Assembly (NCBI GenBank): GCA_040954595.2
Contig: CM082578.2
Coordinates: 12,772,520 to 12,836,519 of the forward strand
Origin: Balanoglossus misakiensis
Taxonomy: Eukaryota > Animalia > Hemichordata
Direction of reading: 5' to 3'
Length of the DNA stretch: 64,000 nt
The notes under the pieces are model-generated. The model was not told where the DNA came from, made no database searches, and saw nothing but the letters and a program-made list of their open reading frames with translations. Both the position numbers and the translations under genes were made by a program. Of the stretch, positions 23,151 to 34,500 are shown in pieces. Each line of letters opens with the position of its first letter. Within the stretch, counting starts at the first letter, position 1.

Positions 23151-25376
23151 TACTTTTACGGTCTATAGCAACCGCTTCATTTCTAATGATTACATGCATT
23201 TGGTTGAAATAACTCTGCTAGTTGTCTGAGTCCAAACAAGACTCGCCGTCTGTCTGCTGCAACTGGTTCCTATCTTGGTATAAAGATAAAAGAGTTTCTT
23301 AGCCAACGAGGAACTAAGGGACCGGCGGAATCTTCCGTTGGAACTGAAAATAAGCAGATGATGAATGAGCGAAAACATGCCCCTTCAACAAAAATGTCGA
23401 GCTATCGCTTTCGTAAGAGTGGCAGAATTAATGGATCAAGGGAACCAGAAGGTTAGTTGTTGTCGTGATCGATGGTCAATGCGACTGCCTAAATCAATGC
23501 AATGTTTTTCAAGAATGATTATTAACCTTGTCTTCATTTTTGATTTACTGTTCATGGTACGGGTGCATGTCACCATGAGTAGTTTTTACGTGCAGGTTTA
23601 TCGATATGTTATCTCACCCACACCGCCCCGGCCCAAGAAACATATTTTCGTATGTTTTACGAAACATTCGCAATAGCCGCCACTTTAGGCCTATTTGTAA
23701 TCGGTAAAATTCATCACTCTTCGCTTAGTTGTGTATTCGTGCGAAGGGCGGCTGAATAAACGGGTGCAGCACCCGTTTACATTTTTAAGTTAATATTTGC
23801 ACTGTGCATGCAGCCACAATAAAAAAGGTTGGTAATATGTTTTTTTGTATCTAATTTTAAAATTAAAACCATCAAAATATTGTTTAACAAAACTATAGTA
23901 GTAGCGGATTTATTGCCCAACAAACATAAATCGGGCAAAAATGTCACTGCCATTTTTGAAACGGTTTATTTTCCTACCTTCGGATCGTTTATCCACAATA
24001 TTGTTCCCAGTAATCAAGACATGGTAAACCGCCTCCCGCCGGTATCGGGCCAGCATTAACATAGGTATATGCGACACAACAGAGCACCAGTAAGGCTAAT
24101 GCGGTTGTTCTGTACATGATGTCCAATTCAAGTATCTGCAGTGAAATTACGGCCCTGTGAAAACCAACAAAACTAGGAAAAATTAATACATCTTGGTATA
24201 ATTATAAGATAAAAATGCCGGTTATATCTAGTTGTTGCATTGAGATTAATCTCAGCGCGCCGTAACGGCGTGTCACACAAAAGCAGAATCTGGGAAGCAG
24301 TTAATAGACTTGTTTCGAATGGTACGAATCGTTGGGAAGAAAGTACCACGGAGTCAAACAAGCTTAGGAATGAAGCGATGGAGGCAGCTAGACTTACCTG
24401 TACCCTGATGCTTGGTCCTGTTTATCTGAAGTTTAAGGCTTCTCTGGGGACAGCAGCTCGGGTAACGACCAATATAAAAAAGGTTCCAAATAAGCCTGAG
24501 GATATCTTACTTTAATGAGGCATTGTTGATATGCAAATATGAAGTATGGAAAAGTAAAATTTTTACGACACGCACTCACTCAATCAATCCTATTTGGGCA
24601 GATTGTAATGCAGCAGTGACATACTTAATACGGTTATCACCAAAACACGACAATTTACAACATCAATGATCAGTTTAAAACTACAAAACGAAATCATTTG
24701 ATAAAAAATGAATTTGGCTCTGTTGATTTTAAAAATTGGTACACAAAAACAATTACCAGATGGCAGCAAGTAAAACCCGTATTTTTTATTGTGATGTGTT
24801 TTCCACCATTAGGCCAAGGGGCATACATATTTTTGAGATAATTTTATTGCTTCTATAGCGAGTCAACAGCTCTTTTTCTTTTCGTCTGTTCTCATTACAC
24901 CAAGGTTACCACATTAACATCATCATACCATAACAACTTTTGGCCATACAAATTCCTGCTCCTGGTACATGTAATATGTTGTCGAGGCAGTAAGTGTTCC
25001 TGTCAGTAGTCAGTGATACCATGGATCACGGTCCCTCCGCATACTAGTATGCATGGACATATGTCCATGCCGATAGTGAGGGATGTGTCAAAACTAAAGC
25101 ATGGTCACCGATAATCTCGGTTACCCAGACTACACTTGTGGGTTCTCTTCCGGCCACCCACATACAGAGACTAGGTCACCGATTGGTCAGCTTGGCTCTT
25201 CCAACTATCATGCACGCCCTCCTAGTTCAACCAGGAATTTAACAATTCAATTTGTAGCAGATTTTTGTTGGCAGAGATTATAATTTGCAACATTTTATAC
25301 GAAAGAAAAATAAATGTATTCGTAGACAACGCATCAGTACGGAAATGAACATTAATAGAGAGCGGGGATATAAAAC

Positions 25377-25382
25377 TTTATT
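25377..25382 (-). terminator. Candidate polyA signal of lysozyme
   Basis: TTTATT on + (AATAAA on -), ~210 nt after the stop. Confidence 0.55.
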
Positions 25383-25591
25383 AACGAACACGCAGACTCA
25401 ATGCGCATTTCCCATCGTTGAGGGCGTGCATTAAAAATGCTTCATAGCCAGCAAACGTGAGAAATGCATTATTTATAGTTGAAACAATTGATTCGGATAG
25501 CAAAATTGCTTAATATTTCTCACGAATTTACTTCTAAGTTTGATTTCTGCCATTAAAAAGAGTATGCGTGGAAAATAGTGTTATGTAGGAG

Positions 25592-27793
25592 TTAATTGTT
25601 ATGATGTTTCTCGTGCAACAAAATGCTTTCCAGGAGTTCTTTGGCCCCGGGGGTTGCGCACCGTGGTGGGTACGGATCACAACACAGGTGGCGCTGTAGA
25701 CAGTTGTTCACGTTTTGCCAGTACTTCAGTGTAGCAGGGACGCGGTTGCCGTTCGGTCCCCCGTTGTGGATGCGCGAGAAGTGCTCGCAGGTAGGGTCTG
25801 TCCCCAGGCGCTGCTTGGTGGCGTACCGTTTCATGTAACCGTTCACGGCGTCGGTCGTGCACTGCCAATCCGCCGTGCAACTCAACCAATCTGAAAGTAG
25901 GAGGAAACGCTGTAGTGATACGGCTCTCTTTTGAACGGGGGGGGGGGGGGCAAGTGAAAGTGAACATTAAACGAATTTCAGCAAACGTTCATTGCGTCAC
26001 ATCACATCATATCACTCCACATCACATCACATCACATCACATCACATCACATCACATCACATCACATCACAGAAAATAAATTTGCCGTATGATGCGTATG
26101 GGAAAGTTTATCGAGTTGAGATGATGATGATGATGAAGATGAGGAGGAGGATGATACTTCATTGTCCTATCAAACATTGTAAGAAAATGTCATGAAAAGT
26201 ACAGAAACAAAATAAGAAAGTCGACGTTTCCGAATGCACATGTGTTATTCGGATCGGTTTCTCTCACCTCCTTTGAGATGACCTCCTTTCAACCTTGCAT
26301 CCATCCAATACGCTTCTTTTATTTGGTAGGGCCCGCATGAGTAGGAACCGACGTCCATGACACAGTGGCTGTATTTGCCACTGCCACGTTTGGGCATGCA
26401 ACATTTGCTTTCTACATAGCAGATGCAATGCAGACAGTCATCAGGGACATAACCCGCATCAACTGCAAAATATGACCAGGAGATAAAAAAGAAAAATATT
26501 GGTGTCAGGTCAGAACAGTTACAATTTGTTTTTTAGTTTTTTTTTTAAATGGGATGGGGAGGGGGTACCAAAGTCAAACTTTATACGGACAGACGACGCG
26601 GCATTTCTGCGGGCGGCGAGGAAAATGGGTCTGTCAAATACTGCATGGCTCCACTACAAACGTACGTACATTGTCGTCCAACATGTAGAAACAGAACCGA
26701 CCAGTTTACAGCTTGAGGAAATAAAGTCCTTGACAAACGTAGGGGGATTTCCGGCATCAAAACGATGGGATATGCAAGTAAGGTCAGCTCTGCAACATTC
26801 TAGATTTCTCTCCATTTCTTGTGGTTTGCTCCAAGTATAGCCAATATTTTTTATTACCAAGTCGTGATGGCGTTCCACGCGGTTAGGTCGCTCACGGAAA
26901 ATCACCAATATACCCTTTGAAGAGTCTGTCAATTGATTCATTTCAAAGCATTTCAGTCGGTATCAATATAGGTCAGGTCAGGCCAGTCCAGTTGTATTTA
27001 TACGTGTAATAAATTGTTCTGCTTTGTGTGCGCAGAGATCTACATATACTCAATGTTATGTCGGTCGCGATTTATAAAAGCGGAAGCAACCAAATACGAA
27101 ATTGTGGAGAAGTTTCTGGTTTAGGACGCTTAAATATATCTTACTTCCCGTTTTGTTGTGCTGTTTGGCGCTGAAGAAACTTGTACCACGCTACGTGTAA
27201 TATTACGTCGTGGTTAAGTAGTACTCTGCTGTGCCCGCGGTTTATTAATACAGTCAAGTTATTGGTTGAGTAAATTGTCATGATTCGTTAAATTTCACGT
27301 AAAATCTTGAACGAGTGACTCGGTTGACTAAAATAAATCGGTACTACGAAGATTTTATCAAAAATTGAAAAAGGTCGCTAATCGTGATATATTAATTTTA
27401 TCGGGCCTTCCCTCTGTCGCTCTTTTACTTCCGTGAAGACGGTAGCATCAATGTAACCGTAACGTTCATCTGAAGTCATGGCGCATAGAATATAAATTTA
27501 CCGCTGGTGAAATCAGTGCTCATATCAATACAGGCTGACAAAATGTTATTTTTTCAAGGGGGTGTGTTGTGTTTACACGTTGTCGCTGGCTCACATGTGT
27601 CAGTGAAAAGGGCAATTCGTTCTCCCATTGTCCGTCAAAGTTATTGGCAATGCATAGTTTGGAAAATAATGTCGGGCACATAAACACTGTGGTTGCATAA
27701 AATTAGTAAAATCACATATAGCAAACTTGTCTGCTTTCAATACCTACCTACAGAGAAAACCGCCAGAACCGCAAAGAACAGTGTGTTGTCCAT
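25592..27793 (-). CDS. ilys: i-type (invertebrate) lysozyme / destabilase, secreted, 179 aa
   Basis: Exons 27793-27748, 26462-26268, 25890-25592 (phases 1,1; 540 nt). MDNTLFFAVLAVFSVVDA signal peptide; CLHCICYVES (catalytic Glu); MDVGSYSCGPYQIKEAYWMD (catalytic Asp); YMKRYA; FSRIHNGGPNG; TLKYW. Confidence 0.95.
25997..26071. repeat. (CACAT)n pentanucleotide microsatellite in lysozyme intron 2
   Basis: Directly visible. Confidence 0.93.
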
Positions 27794-28076
27794 GATAGAA
27801 CTTTGGCACTAATGACCAACTGCGCCGCCTCTGATCCGTGTGACGTCATCTGTCAGATTGGATAACCCTTGATCCTGTCAAAGTGTCTTGTGTTTAAATA
27901 CAGCCCATTACTCTATATCCTAGTACATGACATAGCCACAAAGAGGAACTTGTCTGTGATATAGCAAAGTAAGGATCTGCTTTCTTTGTTGAATATACTT
28001 GCAAAGAATTTCTTCTCTGGCCGATGTTCCGCTTTTTATTACAACAGCAAGGAATGACACATTGTTTTTTTAAAAG

Positions 28077-28147
<71 letters not shown>

Positions 28148-28906
28148 TCTTCCTGTGGGCGTTACGCCTATTTACCACGGGCACCCGTTTCCAATGCACA
28201 TGCACCTGGCTAGTAGAGAAAATTAGAATACAAGTGTTCATTTAATCCCTTTATATAAGACATGCATGTCTAACGAGGCAGATCGTGTAACACTACACAG
28301 ACCACCCATTTTTTTCTCTCCGTGTGTGTTCATGGTAACGGTGGTCCGTGCGCAGTACGACAAGCCTTGTTACTATTTACGCGTGCGTGTTTCTTAGAAG
28401 TGCAACTCAAACCCTGGGAGACTCAAATCTTTCCCAGGGAAGTTTTAAGAGGTCACCTGTAGGGGTTACATCAACACCTGTTCAGTCATCAAGGGAATGC
28501 GATTTCATGTTTTGATTTATAGTGGTGCGTAAGTTTTGACACGATACAGCAAAAAACGCCGTCTCTGGATATCGTCGTTTCGACGACCGTAAAACCCAGT
28601 TCTGGTCAACGTCCAGGGTCTTTTCTGCACCACGTGACCTTGACAGTATTTGCATTGATTTGCATTCGGTTTAGTTGCGCTGTACTTGTTTTCGAACTCG
28701 ACGCAGAACTACAACTGTTGGCCTGAGCTGATTCCACCTCCTACAGACCTACCAGTGACTCTTAATCATCCTTCAAGCGTCGGCGCGAGTTTCTCGAGTA
28801 GGGCCGTGTGCATAATTGAAGCTTACGGGTTCAAGGCACGAAAAGTTGCCGTAGTGAAGATCTGTGAATGTGTGTCACGATTTGACGGCAACTGGCAGCG
28901 CAAATC
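27794..28906. promoter_or_regulatory. Shared divergent promoter region lysozyme/ITIH
   Basis: 1113 bp between oppositely oriented ATGs. Contains a TATA-like TATTTAAA on - at 27893-27900, a CRE palindrome TGACGTCA at 27841-27848 and an (ATC)n tract. Confidence 0.55.
28077..28147. repeat. (ATC)n microsatellite
   Basis: Perfect trinucleotide tract between the lysozyme and ITIH starts. Confidence 0.97.
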
Positions 28907-31167
28907 ATGAAGAGTAAAACGCGTGTTGCATCGGCGCTGCTTTTGATCTCGCTCTGTTCCGTCATCGTTGGTGTTCAAGGAAGACACGTAAACATTATTG
29001 TACCAGGAGGAAAAGCAGAAGCGACTAGTAATAAGGTGAGGGATCGAACAGTTTGTGAGCAAAGCTGAGAGTCAACGATGCGTGGATGTCTTGAACCACA
29101 GACGTGTGCTAGATTCTCTTTATGTACATGTAGTAGTACGTTCATGCTTGACACTGCCCGTGTTGCAACACAATAGTATGTGTGTGGTATCAAAGCTCCT
29201 CAAATCTGAGGTGGCGTGAATGCATGCTCTCTGTTCTGACCGCATTATTTTGACCGCAGCTATTAACTACAGTATCTAGTTGTAAACACTTTTTAAGTTT
29301 TAATGAACGCGGTTTCTTGCATTGTGGTTGCGGTTAGACCGTAAAGGCACTTCGTGTGTACATGTACGCCTTCGAGAAATGTCCATGTCAGTTGTGCGTT
29401 GCCCCTTCTAGCTCCACGCTCCAAACATCAAACCAATTAAAGCCTTCTTATTTACATTGTATGTGGGGTCCGCCGCCCGTATTACAGAAATAGTAACCGC
29501 TCCAAAATTCCACTTACATGTAGTTTACCAATACTCTCGTGAACACATGCAAAAAAAACACACGTTAAATTTCTACTCTCATCTAAACGTCTGAATTGCA
29601 ACCCACTACTCTGTCCACTTTCCTTAGTCGCTCTCTGCCCGTTTTACCCAAACATCCGGGCAGATTCTTGGGAACCACCAACACACTTTTCACATTTCCC
29701 AGAACCCGTATACACTATTTGATCTTCCAAGGTTATAAACAGGATGTGAGGTTTCGTGATTAATTTGTCAGGACTGCCCTGGAGAAAGTTGTATGGCAAA
29801 GAGTTTTAAATTTACGGCATTTATCTTAATACATGGGGTTAAGTACATATTCTGGTAAAGAGTGAGGCGTAAAATCTTCCAGAACTATGTTATTTTTCTT
29901 CACTATCGCGTCAATTTAGGACACTTGATTTTATTTACTAGTACATGTATATACCGAATACCTGGAATACTCTTTTGTCAATAGGAATAGTTACGTAATG
30001 CTTCTCGGTATTAAACCATGCGAGGGCCAGTCTTCGATAGAAGTTTGGGGGTCAACGCCCTCTGCTGTTTGCTATAAGGACTTGGCGTAAACATCAGATT
30101 CAGATGTTCGGACAAGTTGAAGCCCTTGAGATAATCACTCGCAAAGTTGATATTTTTTTTTACATTTTACAGCGACAGCAGAGAGATGTCGAGGAAGTCT
30201 CTGAGGAAGAGGTGGGTTGACACACAATATAAAAAAATAAATCGTAGATATGACATGACATGATATGATATAAAACCAGCCTAGCATTTCAAGATGCAAT
30301 CAAGCTATCAACGTATTATAAAAAATAGTCAGGTCCCATCAACAACGATCTCTATACACGTGTATATCTGACTCTTCTGTCCGTGTTTTCGTATCATACA
30401 TAATTGATAAATATGACCTCGCCATGACTTCTCGTAGTAAACTTGCGTCTTTGAAGCCAAGTGTTTATCACTCATGCGGGACCAATCTGGCATTGTTTAT
30501 ACTGAATGCAATAAAATCTGACATTTGAGCACAGCGGTTTTTAGGTCATCCTTGCGTGCAGTTGTCTGTTTACGTCAACACACTAACATACATCAGACAA
30601 GACAGAGGCCGCCGTATTCATCCGAAATAACACATCACGATTTTCTTTTTCTTTTTTTCAAAATTCACATTCACAGAAGAAACCTGAGATCTACAGCCTG
30701 GGAATCACGTCATCGATTGCGGCGAGGTTCGCTCACACTGTGATCGTCAGCAAGATTCTCAATAAAGCCAGCACTTCTCGAGAAGCGTTATTCACAGTGC
30801 AGTTGCCCGATTCTGCGTTCATCGCCAACTTCTCAATGTAAGTCTCCATCTGCATGTTATCGTAATCTTTCGCATGCTGTGTCTTGGGCGTACTGAGACC
30901 AATTAGTGTTCAACCACAGAGAAGGAGGACGCTTTTTTTCGTGGTCTGGCGAACTTGATTCGACAGGTTGATCAAATGACTGTGATCAAATCAAGCGTTG
31001 ACAGTCAAGCGAGACGTTGCGTAACAGCAGCAAGTACATACATACATACATACATACATACATACATACATACATACATACATACATACATACATACATA
31101 CACACATACACACATACATACATACATACATACATACATACATACATACATACATACATACATACAT

Positions 31168-31198
<31 letters not shown>

Positions 31199-31477
31199 TA
31201 CATACATACATACATACATACATACATACATACATACATACAGACAGACATACATACATACATACATATATACAGACAGACAGACATACATACATACATA
31301 CATACATACATACATACATACATACATACATACATGCATACATACATACATACATACATACATACATACATACATACATACATACATACATACATACATA
31401 CATACATACATACATACATACATACATACATACATACATACATGTACATACATACATACATACATACATACATACAT

Positions 31478-31523
<46 letters not shown>

Positions 31524-34500
31524 GGACAGACAGATAGACGGAACGGTTGGTGGCACACTCGACACTGCAGGCGGTGACACCTATCATGTTTTGTGTCGGG
31601 CACAGCGAGGACTGAATGTGGAGAATGGTTTAATATCTCAGTGTGAAGGCTCGACGGAAATCCCCCTGATAGCGCTTGTAGATGGTGTCTTCCATTGGAC
31701 ACAAAGAATCTCTCTGCGTTTGTTGCCGCGAAATCAAACACCTGGAAAAACATTCCTTTGAAACCTAGACAGGCAACCATTTCACCATTAGTCATTCTGC
31801 CCAAAGAAAGCATCCATTGAAACTTGGTGATATACTATCTAGCTATTAGCGACAAGCGGCGGTGCGCAACACTTGCTTATCGACAGATTTCGTCCGTGGG
31901 TGAAAAAAAAGAAACAGATTTTTGAGTGCGGATCGTTAAATTACATCCGTTTTGGTGACAAATATCCAAGTTGGTGACTAGCAAACGCGAGTGATGATAA
32001 ATGAATGTTGGATCCAGTCCACCATTTAGATGTTCTGCGTGATGTTGAACAACATGCATAATGTGGATTACCTTTGCCTAGTAACCGGTCGTTTCAAATG
32101 TAGGTTATGCATACACATTCAATCAAACGCGTGACTTTGTAAATGATGTCTCAAATTGAGAATCCCTCTGCATTTGCAGCCGCTTGGACAAACATTCCTG
32201 TGAAACGCTTTACCCTGAATCGGTTAAGCCAGCAGGTCGACGGGAAATTGTTCCCTTTCTCATAAAACATGTCAAACTGACAGCTTGATTTGAGTGTCCA
32301 GGTTTATAAAAAAAATCATTGCAACATTCCGCGGGGTTGATCAGCACCGAATCCCCAAACCGTTTCAGGCTGCGTGTCACATGTACTCGGAATTCAGATC
32401 AACGATAGTTTTTTTCTAACATGTTTAAAACACCGTGGCAGTCAACATTCCACAAACGCACTCTGTCTTTCATCTTGTCGCATTGTATCATTGCCCAGTC
32501 CGATACGCACCGATAAATGTTTTTGGTACCGGTTTCACTATTATACGGCTTGGGTGGTTGGTAACTGCATGGTTATAACCCGGGATATCAATTAGTGAGA
32601 GCAGGTGTACTCATGCGTAATTCCAGTGAATAGATGTATCGGATTCCGTGAAGAAGCGTGCTACGAAACAAAACAATGCTTCTAACTTATTTCGATATTT
32701 GACAATTTTATACGTACTAATACACCAACGTCACCGAATATGCGCTTATTAGAACTATCGATCCGATGCCGAGTATCATTAGCAGTCATGTGATAACAGC
32801 TGGAGGTATTTGTATATGCCATCACGATCAAGAGCAACGTATATTGATTAGCATTGAATTTCACAGGCAAGGTGAACATAACTCGGGGTCGCCCATACCC
32901 TTGCAGGAATAATAGCGCTACAAGTTTGCCCCTGAAAACTTGCCCCTGACCTTCACTAAGAAGACGCATTGATGCCCCTGATCAAAGATTAATGTCACGG
33001 ACTATGACCGTGTTTCTTTTTGATGCAGGACGATTGATGACGTCACCTACGTGGGCCAAGTGAAGGAAAAGCAGACCGCCGAGAAGGAATACAAAAAGGC
33101 GAAGAGTCGCGGGCAGAGCGCTGGTCACGTCAGTGCAAAGTAAGTATTGCTCGATCGTAGAGCGTTAAAAACACCGGTATTCAATGTGGAATTTTGTTTC
33201 TCTTTCGAATGCATCATTCACGTGACCGACAGACGTGTCGGCAATAATGAGCCAAGGCATATTACGACTTGCACACCTACGCGCAAACCAATAAAACGGG
33301 AATTGTTAAAAACGGATTTCCATTACTTGAACTGAATCGTGAGGATTGCGGATTTAAATCTATTTTCCAACAACTTTTTCAACTAATTGGATCATCTCCC
33401 TGTGTTGCATTGATTGCTTACCCACGCAGTGCGCAAGTTTTCTCACCCGCCACCTGGTTCTCTGTGTCTTTGAGCCGAAAAGGGGACCCTCTATAGATAA
33501 TCAGCAGGTGTTGCCTTTCTTCTGGTGTGCGTTTATCGACTTGGTTAGCCACAACTGGTTGTTTAATGCAACAAACAAAAACAGAATAGCGGTGGACCCC
33601 CCTGGCTTCGCCTACACAAAAGTTAATCACATAATTCACTTGTATTGGTTTTCAATTCGGACCTCCGATCACACCCAGCTGAAGACGCCATCTGAGTTTG
33701 ATTTCCACCATGAAAAGAAAAAAAAACAGTGTTTGAATTTGAAGGTTTGGAGGGAAATATTTTTCTTAAATCTGTCCCCGTGGCGCGTTCTACCTCAACA
33801 CGGAAACTTCCACTGATACGACTCTTTTCGAGGAGTGTCTAATGCATACTGAACTGCGTGTGGCTGTCAGTGACACGCGTGCGCGGTTCTGAAAACACCG
33901 ATCGCGACAGCCTTGATGGGGTGTGCTACACGAGAGACCATCAAAACATATAATACAAGATACCAGTCAAAGGTCACGAAGGATAACAATTTCATTTAGA
34001 GTAACCATAGCAACGCCCCATCCTCGAATCTCGTCCCCTAGCTGATTCAAACAACGTGCGTGTAATAGACCCTTTACAGTGATTGCTTTATGATTAGCTA
34101 ACCTAAAGCCCATTCTTGAGGTCAGTTTGGGTTTGTATATACATGCATACAGGCGGAGCACGGGGGAATGAAAACACGCGTTGGTCCATTCCATGGGGGT
34201 TTTCAAATCCAGTCCAATAAGTCGTAGTAGGGCACTAGAAGTTAAAGGGGTCTGATACACACCACATAGTAAAATGAGAGTGTTAATTGATTTTTGACGG
34301 GTTGAGCGTTGTGTACATTAGCGATGGCTGGTTGGGAAGGGGAAACGCAATAGAGACATTTTATTGCTGTTCGGGTGATCTGTTTACTGTATATCAAACG
34401 TAGAATGACATTTAGGATACCAGTAGTAAATGTGTAGTTGATGTGTGTCATGTAGAGATATTTCATTTTGGTGTGACATTTTTTCCCTCCAGGCCCAGAG

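Noticed and set aside
23789-24628. Possible TTAA-flanked DNA transposon
   Set aside because: The terminal inverted similarity is too weak to support by eye.
27894-28245. Poly-Asp / poly-Ser ORFs
   Set aside because: Artefacts of the (ATC)n repeat.
30424-30528. ATG in good context as the ITIH start
   Set aside because: The frame stops without a suitable donor or signal peptide; the 28907 exon gives a signal peptide and the correct phase.
30955-31813. Long ORFs (186-275 aa) on both strands
   Set aside because: They are translations of the (TACA)n/(CAGA)n microsatellite inside ITIH intron 3.
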